Source of the DNA: Bacillota bacterium
GTDB lineage: Bacteria > Bacillota > DTU025
NCBI GenBank assembly: GCA_035351775.1
Contig: DAOPWT010000001.1
Span: 1-51,982 of the forward strand
Direction of reading: 5' to 3'
DNA length: 51,982 nucleotides
Below are positions 37,001-45,625 of this stretch, in pieces; the stretch's first letter is position 1; every line of letters begins with the position of its first letter. The position numbers and the translations under genes were made by a program. A model generated the notes under the pieces. That model was not told the origin of the DNA and searched no databases. It saw nothing but the letters and a program-made list of their open reading frames with translations.

Positions 37001-38535
37001 GAGCCGTCCAGCGCCGCGGTTTTGATGCGGACCTGGAAACGGTCGCCCGGCCCGACAAGATATGCGGACGTCGATACACACATGTCGAACGAACCCATCG
37101 CCACCAAGGCCGAACTCCTGCCCGATGCTTGCTTGTTGGTGGCGTCGATCACGTCCACAGCCAAGATGTACTTGTAGTTGCGCCCATCGGCGCGAGGCGC
37201 CTCAAAGGAGATGAGAGCCCGACCCTGAGCGTCCGTGCTCGCCTCGCCCGACATGACGAAATCTTCGTAATAGTCGCCATAGTCGCCGTAATCGCTGTAG
37301 CCGTATTCCCCATCTGTGCCTGACACGGCCGCGGAGAATGACCCGATGCGCTGTCGGTAGACCCGGTATTCCACTCGGGCATTCGCCACCGGAGCGCCGA
37401 AGTAGTAACTGGCTTCACACGTGGCCTGCAGCGTGTCGCCGGCGATGTACCTATCGCGGTCGAACTTGACGTCTACTGACCACTCAGGCTTGCGGTATTC
37501 CGCCACAGTGAAACTCGACCAATGCTGCTCGCCGCCGATGGTTGCGATTATGGAGTAGGCGCCGAGTGGCGGCTCGCTGCCCAATGTGAATTCGCCGCAG
37601 AAAGAGCCCCAGTCATTCGTGACGAGTTCCTGCTTTGACAGGAGGTTATCGCGAGGGTCGCGGATCTCGACCTTCACAGACTGCCCCGCAGGGATGGTGT
37701 AGCCCGGGTCGACCATAGTCCGAGCTATGCCCTTGAAGTAGACGGTATTGTCGGGCCGGTAGATTGGCCGGTCCGTATAGATGTAGACCTTACTTTGCCG
37801 CGCGTCGAACCAGAAGGATGAGTAGAGCACTGCCAACTCATCGCCTCGCCCGCCCATCACCATGGCGGACGCGGCAGGTTGCGACAGCGGAATAGAGAAA
37901 AGACCCGAATCATCGGTCATGCCGCTCGTCGTGCCGGACGCAGTGGCCGCCGAGGCAAGCTGGTCATCGCCGCCACTGCCCATCAGCGTCACTCGCACAG
38001 GCACGTCCGAGGCAGGCTCGCCGGTCTTCAGGTCGATCGCATAGACAAGCAGGCGCCCGGCAGACTGCTTGGATATGAGGCCAATCCCGCTGACAGTGAA
38101 CCACACCGTATCCTGCTGGCTAAGCTGCTTGGACCGGGTCACGGCCACATACGCCCCGGGAGGCAGTGGATCCAGCTTGACTGAGGCTTCCAGATTGCCC
38201 CCCGGATTGGGGATCCTCACCTTGACCGTGCGCACAAGCGACCTGCCGGGCAGGCGAGCCGGGTTCAGGTTCCACATGGCGTCTGGGCCGGACTCGGAAA
38301 AGTGACGCGCGCCGTCAAATTGGTATATGTCCAGATAGAGTTGGCTGACTCCCCTTCCCCGCACTCCCAGCTCAGCCTGTTCGCCAGGCAGGTAAGTGCG
38401 AGCCGTGGCAAACAGCCACGCATAGGCCTGCCGGGCGGCCATTGCAGGCGCCGCCGCAAGCAGGCATGCCGTTATCAGCATAACGCCTGCGACGCACAGA
38501 ACGAAGATTCGCGTCAGGCGGTTCGGTGTGCCCAC
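34066..38535 (-). CDS. Bacterial alpha-2-macroglobulin family protein (thioester type), probable lipoprotein or secreted
   Basis: 1489 aa. Thioester motif GCVEQ (codons at 35521-35535). N-terminal signal with a lipobox-like LITAC. Long MG-domain-like beta region. GTG start 8 nt after AGGAGG. Confidence 0.9.
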   Translation of the reverse strand: MGTPNRLTRIFVLCVAGVMLITACLLAAAPAMAARQAYAWLFATARTYLPGEQAELGVRGRGVSQLYLDIYQFDGARHFSESGPDAMWNLNPARLPGRSLVRTVKVRIPNPGGNLEASVKLDPLPPGAYVAVTRSKQLSQQDTVWFTVSGIGLISKQSAGRLLVYAIDLKTGEPASDVPVRVTLMGSGGDDQLASAATASGTTSGMTDDSGLFSIPLSQPAASAMVMGGRGDELAVLYSSFWFDARQSKVYIYTDRPIYRPDNTVYFKGIARTMVDPGYTIPAGQSVKVEIRDPRDNLLSKQELVTNDWGSFCGEFTLGSEPPLGAYSIIATIGGEQHWSSFTVAEYRKPEWSVDVKFDRDRYIAGDTLQATCEASYYFGAPVANARVEYRVYRQRIGSFSAAVSGTDGEYGYSDYGDYGDYYEDFVMSGEASTDAQGRALISFEAPRADGRNYKYILAVDVIDATNKQASGRSSALVAMGSFDMCVSTSAYLVGPGDRFQVRIKTAALDGSAVSRRLELVMMKRTYDKTGYTDTPVASRAVTTPSSGEVAVELEAAEAGDYVLTAKAVDERGNSIVAEAHIWVSGSAGRLSATWHNDVTIVCDKSSYKAGETAKVLITAPADASRVLLTVEDREIRHVRVVQLENGSATVELPIVEEYAPNTYVTATAVASRVMQTATREISVASPETALFVEVQPNKTSYRPGEVATYLVKTKNAQGDAVQAEISFALVDESIYAVRPDTTPDIGKFFHGRRERSVSTENSFPVTYYGGADKDGGAESARKYFPDTAAWFPSIVTDANGHAVVRVTMPDSLTTWRATVRAHARSTMVGQAQQKVVVTMPLAARLGLPRHYTLGDKAMVAGVVHNDTSRARRVSVTLRADGADILGRAKQYVTVPAHGQASVEWEIEPSMVGKVTLSLAARSWFLKDAVEMTVPVLPFGEEAEKVWAGETRPTDSSGALLEFDLPEDALRGATRVQLDVSPGYAGVVKQALEFLVNYPYGCVEQTMSAFMPDVVAHRAFTHLGVALPRSQTELARMVDSGLSRLYKYQHDDGGFGWWEFDQSDPWMTSYVLFGLGRAKEAGFDVSAPVIDRALDYLAGSLARIRTTNAREYAFSSFVLAEYGRLKGASLDGFVRFGRQSQVLSSVADPLTTAYITLAASCAGQDSMAAAGAERLSAMATRSSGQAYWRTQDTAHWWRNETAESTAWAMMALLRVDPANPLVPEAARHLAAARTGSQWRSTRESAAAVLGLVEYMIQSGDDVSAERKVAVSVNGKETASLTLGGGAGGSASGEASASTSIVIDPNLIVPGRNQILVTTQGGAVLYSARAAWYVPQDHIEAGGDCAVISREYFRIDRNAPAVKGQKYSVTPIDGEIGVRQEVLVRVAVHALTDLEYMAFEDPVPSGFEICEESVDAYSWYYWYDRSEARDSKMVVFATRIPAGKTQTFEYVLVPERPGSYRVMPTEAWSMYYPGLHAHGNSSAIKVTGSK

Positions 38536-38547
38536 ATCAAATACCTC

Positions 38548-39357
38548 CTAATGCCCGAGGCCGCTGCGCAAGCTGAGCGAGCCTCCGAACTTGACCGTCT
38601 GGAACCGGTACATCTCATACGGCATGCGCGCGTCTATACCTGCCTCCGAAAGCGCCCAGCTCACCTGTTTTGCATGAGTGAGCGCCTCCCCAGGAAGTAT
38701 CACGCCCGACCTTTCGCCGGCGCGCACGAACACTCCATACAACCTCGGATCCCAGGGCGTTCCCGGCGACACCCGCTCCAAACGGCCCACGATTGATACC
38801 GCGTAGCTGCATCCGGCGAGTTCCCACGCTTCTATTGGTGGCCGCCTTAAATCCCGTGCGGCGCTGGCCGCGGCAAAGTGGGATATCTCCTGAGCAAGGC
38901 TGGGAAAATGCGCCCACATGGATCCGACGCATGCGCGCACGGCATTGTTCCTGATAACCGTCACGAATACCCCGGCAGAACGCCGATACAGAATGCCGGA
39001 CACGGAGTCGGGGACACCTGATGCGCTGATGATGTCCCGGGCTGCCGGCAATGGATCACCCCTGACCGAGGCCTCAGCGAAGCGCCGCGCGAGGGTCAGG
39101 ATGAGGCGTTCCATGTGGTCAAGGTCGGCACCGTGCAGTTCATCCAGAACATCGCTGTAGACGTCTACGGCTGAGGCGTCGCCTGCAGCATCTGCGATGA
39201 GCTCACTTGACTCGCCTTGAGCCTGGCCGTGGCCTTCGTCGGCCTCGGGCGGCGGCGTGGACACGCTCACTTGCTCGCGCGCCCGAGCAATGAGCACAAT
39301 TCCCGCAGCGATCGCGATGATCAACACAATGGTCAGCGCCGGCCAGTCGTTACGCAA
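38548..39357 (-). CDS. AMMECR1-domain protein with an N-terminal TM anchor and acidic linker
   Basis: TM segment LTIVLIIAIAAGIVLIA. The AMMECR1 core includes VRACVGS, matching the family RGCIG-type motif. Its stop TAG is part of the A2M gene's TAGGAGG SD. Confidence 0.75.
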   Translation of the reverse strand: MRNDWPALTIVLIIAIAAGIVLIARAREQVSVSTPPPEADEGHGQAQGESSELIADAAGDASAVDVYSDVLDELHGADLDHMERLILTLARRFAEASVRGDPLPAARDIISASGVPDSVSGILYRRSAGVFVTVIRNNAVRACVGSMWAHFPSLAQEISHFAAASAARDLRRPPIEAWELAGCSYAVSIVGRLERVSPGTPWDPRLYGVFVRAGERSGVILPGEALTHAKQVSWALSEAGIDARMPYEMYRFQTVKFGGSLSLRSGLGH

Positions 39358-39451
39358 TGAAGATCTAACCCCCGGTTCCCGTTATCGTGTTGCTACGTTC
39401 TACAAGGCCGTCGGGGAATCCTACACAGCGAAGACGACCATATCAAGGCGT

Positions 39452-40441
39452 TCACTCCGTGCACTGGCCATTTGGACCATGCATTGACTGAGCTGTGCCC
39501 TCATTCCCATTCGGCGTGAGCTGGGGCAGCGGATGGCCCTCCGGATCATCCACATGAACACTCTCGGGGTCCACATGAACCAGCACACCGCGAACACTGG
39601 GGCATTCCAGCCTTATCATGCTCTCAACTTGCATCGCTATCTCGTGGCCCATCACTACGGAAATCGAAGGATCTACTCCTATGCGTAGATCCACGTAGGA
39701 ATCGCCTCCGTACTTGCGTATGACAACCGAGTGAACATCGCACACTCCACCGACGCCGACCGCCGCGACTCGCACGGCATTGACTGTTTCGGGGTCGGTC
39801 TGCGCGTCCATGAGTTCATCAGATGATGCGCGGATTATCTTAAGCCCCATCCAGATGATCATCATGGCCACCACAAACCCTGCGACCGGATCCAGTATGG
39901 GCAGGCCAAGCCGCCCGCCGAGTATTCCGGCAAAAGTACCCACGGAGGAAAGCGCGTCAGACCTATGGTGAAGGGCCTCAGCCATGAGAGCGCTGCTCCT
40001 GATCCGCCGGGCGGTGGTCGCTGCGATCTGGTACATGGTCTCCTTGACTATGATGGATGCGACTGCGGCCATTAGGGCGATCAGCCCGGGCCGTACGAAA
40101 TCGCGAGCGATGATTCTCCGAACGGCCTCTACGGCTATGCCCGAACCGGCAACGATCAGGATGGCGCCCACTAGTTTGGCTGCCACCGGCTCAGCCTTCC
40201 CATGGCCATATGGGTGATCCTCATCAGCCGGACGCTTCGATATCCTAAAGGCTACAATGACCCCGAAAGTGGCCAGCATATCCGACGCCGAATGAGCGGC
40301 ATCGGCCACCATCGCGGAGCTGCGGCCTATGATGCCCGCGACCAGCTTGAAGGCGACCAAGGCAAGATTGGCCGTCATGCCGCGCCACGATACTGACTCG
40401 CCCGCTTTGAACCTGTCGTCACGGGTGTCCTCGCCAGACAT
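39452..40441 (-). CDS. Cation diffusion facilitator (CDF) family metal efflux transporter
   Basis: 6 TM. Metal-site motifs HSASDML and HHRSDALSS. Cytoplasmic C-terminal domain. 329 aa. Confidence 0.85.
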   Translation of the reverse strand: MSGEDTRDDRFKAGESVSWRGMTANLALVAFKLVAGIIGRSSAMVADAAHSASDMLATFGVIVAFRISKRPADEDHPYGHGKAEPVAAKLVGAILIVAGSGIAVEAVRRIIARDFVRPGLIALMAAVASIIVKETMYQIAATTARRIRSSALMAEALHHRSDALSSVGTFAGILGGRLGLPILDPVAGFVVAMMIIWMGLKIIRASSDELMDAQTDPETVNAVRVAAVGVGGVCDVHSVVIRKYGGDSYVDLRIGVDPSISVVMGHEIAMQVESMIRLECPSVRGVLVHVDPESVHVDDPEGHPLPQLTPNGNEGTAQSMHGPNGQCTE

Positions 40442-40660
40442 GTATGCATCATCCCCCGTATCGCGTTTTCGAAATAGCGAAACGGCGCCCGCGGGACCTG
40501 TGGATGGATCGCAGTCCCGCGAGCGCCGTGTGTGTCAAGCGCCCGCTGCCCCTTTGGGCCCGATGCCCGCCGCCTGGCGAGGCGCAGGCATCTGCTCTGA
40601 GCAGATCTCATCATGCACGATGGGAGTGCTCGGTACCGGGGGTACGTTCATCATGCATGC
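40442..40660 (-). promoter_or_regulatory. Structured 5' leader of the CDF gene (candidate metal-responsive riboswitch or attenuator)
   Basis: A 14-bp GC-rich stem GGCGCCCGCGGGAC / GTCCCGCGAGCGCC (40484-40527, one mismatch) lies about 40 nt upstream of the start and is followed on the minus strand by GTTTCGCTATTTCG. Additional hairpin ATCTGCT-CTG-AGCAGAT (40590-40606). Direct repeats TCATCATGCA at 40608-40617 and 40648-40657. Confidence 0.35.
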
Positions 40661-40805
40661 TAACCTATGGTTCCTGGCGCGTCAAGAGGCGATCCGGACA
40701 TATGAGAACACTTCCAAGTGAGGCAACGACAGGTGGAGGTGGCGCTCAACATACGGAGAATATCTCAATTACTTCAGCTTGGATCTTCATCTTGGAGGTG
40801 TTCAC

Positions 40806-42464
40806 TTGAACACGACTCAAACGCGGGCTTTGGCGGTGGCTACCATGGCTGCCTTAGCCATTCTCGCACTTGCAGCTCCCGCATGCTCAATGCCTGCCAG
40901 TGCCCGTGGGTCAGACCTGCCATCAAGGCCGTATCTTGTTTTCCACCTTGACGCCATCTCGTCTGCGGCCTTCTTCGAGATGCTAGATGCAGGGCTGTTG
41001 CCCAACATATCAGCGCTGTTCTCAGACGGCGTCACCATACCATATGCCGTATCGCCGTTCTTGCCAGGAACCGAAATGGTATATCCCCGCATGAAGCGCG
41101 GAACCCCGGCGAGCTCCGACGATCCAATTGGATGGGAGACCATAAACCGTTCTACAGGCCAACGACGGACTTACACCGAAAACGTTCTGGGCCTGTGGCA
41201 GTGGTTGCCGCGATACGCTCTTGCAGAGGCGACGATCGGAGTAGTATGCAGGCCGGTAACGGCGCTGTCGATTGTGAATACTCGACGCATGCTTCGCGAT
41301 TTCGATGTCGTCGAGTTCTTCTGGTTCGCGACCGATGCCATTGGGCACACGAAGGGAATCGAGGGGCAGAAACTCAGTGTCGCTCAGTTTGACGCGATGC
41401 TCCGCCCCGTAGTGGAGTACGTCCGGAGCGCTCCCGGCAGTGTCAACCTGGTGCTCTACTGCGATCATGGCATGAGCATGATCGAGGAGTTCGTTGATAT
41501 TGACCGAGCGATGACAGACGTGGCGGGCGAGCGGGCAGTGCTCTGCTACTACCCAAACCTCTATCTGACTGACCCGATGTACGCGCCGGAAATCGCGCAG
41601 GCGCTCGCCGCCCGGCGTGAAGTTGACTTCGCATTCTGGCGCGAAGGCGATTCGCGCATGGTGGGAGCGTACCATTCCGGCACCGTAGTGCTTGACTGCG
41701 AAGAAGATCGCATCTCCTACATACACGAAGGAGAGGACCCGTTCGGCTATTACGATCTGGGATATCGAGGAGAACCGCTTACTGACTCCGAGTGGCTCAA
41801 CTTGACTTGCCGGTCGCCGTGGCCCGCGGTGCCAGTTCAGATTGTCCGATACATGCAGGCAGAACAGAGCGGCCATGTCGTGGTCATATCCAATCCGCCC
41901 AAAGGGATCCCGACTATCGGCAGATATATCGCTCTGCACAAGGGCCTAGCTGCGCTGGACTGCACCGTGCCGGTGCTGATGTCAGGCCCTGACATCCTCC
42001 TTGAGCCAGTCCCCGAGAGCATATGGCTGCACACCCTCTACAGTGAGGTCCTCGGCGTCGATCCTCTGGCTGCTCGACGCCCCTTGCGAGAACCTGATAG
42101 CCTCACGTTGTCCGCTACCCGCGCCCGTCTCACCCTCTCCCCCTCACCCAGCCTGCTCCTACACGCCGAGGCAAGCAGCGACGCCTCCGTCTTTTTGTGC
42201 GAGACCGATCTGTTCCGCTCTTTCAACACTCGCATCTGGATCGGGGCAGGCGTCGCAAGTCATGGCAGTGGCACAATGACTGCACTGCTCCCGGTCTTCT
42301 CCACCCGGCTGGAGGTCTTCGCAGATCGCCTCGTGATCGACTGGACGAGCCTGAGATCCACCGGCAAGCCACAGCGGCGTCTGTCGGCAAGATATGAGGC
42401 TGAAAGCGGGTTCACACTGCGCTGGTCATTCCCGTACGAGATCGGGCTCGGGCTGACCTGGTAG
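40806..42464 (+). CDS. Secreted alkaline-phosphatase-superfamily enzyme (type I phosphodiesterase/nucleotide pyrophosphatase-like) with a beta-rich C-terminal extension
   Basis: TTG 40806 lies 5 nt after GGAGGTG. Signal peptide ..AILALAAPACSMPASARG. Metal/nucleophile motifs VFHLDAIS, PGTEM, ATDAIGHTKG and LYCDHGM. Confidence 0.75.
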   Translation: MNTTQTRALAVATMAALAILALAAPACSMPASARGSDLPSRPYLVFHLDAISSAAFFEMLDAGLLPNISALFSDGVTIPYAVSPFLPGTEMVYPRMKRGTPASSDDPIGWETINRSTGQRRTYTENVLGLWQWLPRYALAEATIGVVCRPVTALSIVNTRRMLRDFDVVEFFWFATDAIGHTKGIEGQKLSVAQFDAMLRPVVEYVRSAPGSVNLVLYCDHGMSMIEEFVDIDRAMTDVAGERAVLCYYPNLYLTDPMYAPEIAQALAARREVDFAFWREGDSRMVGAYHSGTVVLDCEEDRISYIHEGEDPFGYYDLGYRGEPLTDSEWLNLTCRSPWPAVPVQIVRYMQAEQSGHVVVISNPPKGIPTIGRYIALHKGLAALDCTVPVLMSGPDILLEPVPESIWLHTLYSEVLGVDPLAARRPLREPDSLTLSATRARLTLSPSPSLLLHAEASSDASVFLCETDLFRSFNTRIWIGAGVASHGSGTMTALLPVFSTRLEVFADRLVIDWTSLRSTGKPQRRLSARYEAESGFTLRWSFPYEIGLGLTW

Positions 42465-42591
42465 AATAGCCCCGGCTGACTCTGCAGTTCTCTGCGAATA
42501 ACACCCCACTCAAACAGGCAGATTACTGACAGCACAGGGCGCAGGCTTGTCCCTCATATATAACTTTCTTATATCGATCCAGTCAACCCTA

Positions 42592-42621
42592 TTGACACTA
42601 ATGGGGCAGTCGACCTATACT
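42592..42621 (+). promoter_or_regulatory. Candidate sigma-A promoter of the heat-shock operon
   Basis: TTGACA (42592-42597), 18-nt spacer, TATACT (42616-42621). The inverted repeat GTCAA-N5-TTGAC (42582-42596) overlaps the -35. ATATAA-N5-TTATAT lies at 42558-42574. Confidence 0.55.
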
Positions 42622-42657
42622 AGCCATAGGAACCCATTTGACCCGAGGTGACTAGAG

Positions 42658-42999
42658 TTGAGGCTACATGGCCCCGATGAACCAGTCTACACAATAAGCG
42701 TGGCCGCTCGTCTGCTCGGAGTAAGCCCCCAAACGCTCAGAGTGATGGAACGCGAGGGGCTTCTAGAGCCCGCGCGCACCGACGCGAACATCCGTCTATA
42801 CTCTGAAAACGACCTATTGCTGCTGCAGCGCATCTGCTTTCTGGTTCGGGAAGAGGGCGTCAACCTTGCAGGGGTAAAGCTCATCCTAGAGATGGAGACG
42901 GGCGGTGGGCATACCACAGTCAGGTTTACCGAGGTAGTGCGTCGGCAGCAGGCTGGGCGGCGCCGGGGTGACCCTGACGATGACGGCGACCACTCCTGA
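42658..42999 (+). CDS. hspR: MerR-family heat-shock regulator (HspR-like)
   Basis: [43 protein letters not shown] is a MerR HTH of the HspR type. It sits immediately upstream of dnaK. TTG start 7 nt after GAGGTG. Confidence 0.8.
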   Translation: MRLHGPDEPVYTISVAARLLGVSPQTLRVMEREGLLEPARTDANIRLYSENDLLLLQRICFLVREEGVNLAGVKLILEMETGGGHTTVRFTEVVRRQQAGRRRGDPDDDGDHS

Positions 43000-43058
43000 A
43001 TCGGGTTTCCAGTTCATCCACCCAGCACAAGCTGGTCAACGGAAGGAGAGAGTTCTGT

Positions 43059-45011
43059 ATGGGCAAAGTTGTTGGCATCGACCTCGGCACTACCAACTCA
43101 GTTATCGCAGTAATGGAGGCCGGCAACCCGGAGGTCATAGTCAACGCAGAAGGTTCCAGGCTGACCCCGTCAGTCGTGGGTTTCACCAAGTCGGGCGAAC
43201 GCCTGGTCGGGCAGCTCGCGCGGCGGCAGGCCGTGCTTAACCCTGAAAACACTGTATCCTCCATCAAACGCTTCATGGGCCGACGCTATGACGAGGTCGA
43301 AGCGGAGCGCGGGCGGGCGCCATATAAGGTCAAATCCGGCGACAACTATGGCGTCAGGATGGACGTCCCGGCAACCGGACGCGATTACTCGCCGGAAGAG
43401 ATCTCGGCCATGGTCCTTCAGAAGATGAAGACGGATGCTGAGAAGTACCTGGGCGAGACTATTACAAAGGCAGTAATTACGGTGCCTGCATACTTCAACG
43501 ACTCCCAGAGGCAGGCCACAAAGGACGCAGGGCGCATCGCCGGCCTTGAAGTGCTCCGCATCATCAACGAGCCCACAGCTGCTGCCCTTGCCTACGGGCT
43601 TGACAAGAAGAGCAACGAGACGATTCTCGTGTGGGACCTCGGCGGAGGGACGTTCGACGTGTCCATCCTGGAAGTGGGCGAAGGCGTATTCGAGGTCAAA
43701 TCCACTGCAGGCGACACGCATCTGGGCGGCGACGACTACGACCAGCGGATCGTGGAGTACATCGCCGACCAGTTCAAGCGGGACCAGGGCATCGACCTGA
43801 GGCGCGACCGTCAGGCACTTCAGCGGCTGATCGAGGCTGCGGAGAAGGCAAAGATCGAGCTGTCGTCGGTGTTCGAGACCAACATCAGCCTGCCGTTTGT
43901 TACGGCGGATCAGTCCGGGCCGAAGCACCTGGAGATGAAGCTAACCCGGGCCAAGTTCGAAGAGCTGACGGACGATCTCACCCAGAGATGTACCGTCCCC
44001 TTCAAGCAGGCCGTAAACGACGCTAAGCTATCCGTAAGTCAGATAGACGAGATAATCCTGGTGGGCGGGGCCACGCGCATGCCGGTCATCCAGGAGTTGG
44101 TTAAGAGGCTCACGGGCAAGGAACCAAACCGCAGTGTGAACCCAGATGAAGTTGTCGCTGTGGGCGCGGCAATCCAGGCGGGTGTTCTGGCAGGCGAGGT
44201 CAAGGACGTAGTGCTGCTCGACGTGACACCGCTGTCACTCGGCATTGAGACTTTAGGCGGCGTGTCGACTAGGCTTATCGAGAGGAATACCACGATCCCG
44301 ACGCGCAAGAGCCAGATCTTCACCACAGCGGAAGACGGCCAGACGTCAGTGGAGATACACGTGCTCCAGGGCGAGCGCGATTTCGCGCGCGATAACAGGA
44401 CGCTCGGGCGGTTCATGCTGCAGGGCATGCCGCCGGCGCCCCGCGGAGTACCGCAGATCGAGGTGTCGTTCGACATCGACGCCAACGGCATAGTCAACGT
44501 CGCAGCCAAAGACCTCGGAACGGGCAAAGAGCAGAGGATCACGATCACTGCCTCAACCCAGCTTTCCAAGGATGAAGTCGACAAGCTCGTCCACGATGCT
44601 GAGAGATCGTCAGCTGAGGACAAGAAGCGACGCGAAGAGGTCGAGCTGAAGAACACTGCCGACTCGATGGTGTACTCCACTGAGAAGACCCTTCGCGAGA
44701 TGGGCGACAAGATACCGGCCGATACCAAGTCCAAGATCGAATCGGAACTAGAGCGGCTGAAAAAGGCCATCGCCGACAACGACATCGAATCGATCAAGCG
44801 CTTCATGGAAGACGTCAGGCAGGCATCGTACAAGATGTCGGAAGAGCTGTATAAGCAGGCTCAGGCCGCAGGCGCAGCCGGAGCTGGAGGAGCTGGAGGA
44901 GCTGGGCAGCAGCCGGGCGCGGAAGGCGGGCCGAACGCAGGCCGGGCCGGCGAGCAAGGCGCAGACGATGATGTGATCGATGCCGACTTCAGGCCGATGG
45001 ACGATAAGTAA
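43059..45011 (+). CDS. dnaK: Molecular chaperone DnaK (Hsp70)
   Basis: [15 protein letters not shown].., [10 protein letters not shown] and the full Hsp70 architecture. 650 aa. Confidence 0.98.
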   Translation: MGKVVGIDLGTTNSVIAVMEAGNPEVIVNAEGSRLTPSVVGFTKSGERLVGQLARRQAVLNPENTVSSIKRFMGRRYDEVEAERGRAPYKVKSGDNYGVRMDVPATGRDYSPEEISAMVLQKMKTDAEKYLGETITKAVITVPAYFNDSQRQATKDAGRIAGLEVLRIINEPTAAALAYGLDKKSNETILVWDLGGGTFDVSILEVGEGVFEVKSTAGDTHLGGDDYDQRIVEYIADQFKRDQGIDLRRDRQALQRLIEAAEKAKIELSSVFETNISLPFVTADQSGPKHLEMKLTRAKFEELTDDLTQRCTVPFKQAVNDAKLSVSQIDEIILVGGATRMPVIQELVKRLTGKEPNRSVNPDEVVAVGAAIQAGVLAGEVKDVVLLDVTPLSLGIETLGGVSTRLIERNTTIPTRKSQIFTTAEDGQTSVEIHVLQGERDFARDNRTLGRFMLQGMPPAPRGVPQIEVSFDIDANGIVNVAAKDLGTGKEQRITITASTQLSKDEVDKLVHDAERSSAEDKKRREEVELKNTADSMVYSTEKTLREMGDKIPADTKSKIESELERLKKAIADNDIESIKRFMEDVRQASYKMSEELYKQAQAAGAAGAGGAGGAGQQPGAEGGPNAGRAGEQGADDDVIDADFRPMDDK

Positions 45012-45045
45012 GAAGGCAGAAAAGGCGCAAAGGAGGTGTGCACAG

Positions 45046-45492
45046 GTGACACTCATGAATTGGGATCCTTGGCGTGACATCGCCGATATGAGAACCACAT
45101 TCAACAGGCTGTTCGGTGAGACTACACCCGGAACTGCGATAGCCGGCCACACAGCATCGGGCAGCTGGATGATGCCGGTCGATATCGCCGAAGCTGCCGA
45201 CGAGTTCCTGGTCAAGGCTGAGTTGCCTGGTATGAAGCCGGAAGACATCGAGATTACCGTAGCCGATAACCAGGTGACTTTGAAGGGCAAGCGCGCTGAG
45301 GCGCACGAAGAGAAGGGCGTAAACTACATACGCTCTGAGAGGCGACTGGGCTCCTTCTATCGTAGTTTCGCCCTGTCGGCGCCGGTGGACGACGCACGCG
45401 TGACCGCCACCTACAAGGACGGAGTCCTTGAGGTACACCTGCCCAAGTCGGAGGCGGTTAAGCCCAGGCAGATCCGCATCCAATCGGAGTAA
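45046..45492 (+). CDS. Small heat-shock protein (Hsp20/alpha-crystallin family)
   Basis: ELPGMKPEDIEITV..LTLKGKR..A.YKDGVLEVHLPK is an alpha-crystallin domain. GTG 45046 lies 9 nt after AGGAGG (ATG 45055 is an alternative). Confidence 0.9.
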   Translation: MTLMNWDPWRDIADMRTTFNRLFGETTPGTAIAGHTASGSWMMPVDIAEAADEFLVKAELPGMKPEDIEITVADNQVTLKGKRAEAHEEKGVNYIRSERRLGSFYRSFALSAPVDDARVTATYKDGVLEVHLPKSEAVKPRQIRIQSE

Positions 45493-45525
45493 CGCGGGCC
45501 CTGGGATGACTTACAGCGACTGTCG

Positions 45526-45552
45526 GTCGGGAGGGCTAGTCACCTTCCCGAC
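45526..45552 (+). promoter_or_regulatory. 10-bp-stem hairpin between hsp20 and grpE (possible attenuator or processing site)
   Basis: GTCGGGAGGG-CTAGTCA-CCTTCCCGAC (one G.U pair). No T-tract follows. Confidence 0.35.
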
Positions 45553-45625
45553 CACCCCGCCGGGGGTGCCCTCAGGGGCATTCGCATTACTAGTTACTCG
45601 ACATGATCGGTGGTGCAGCTAATCT

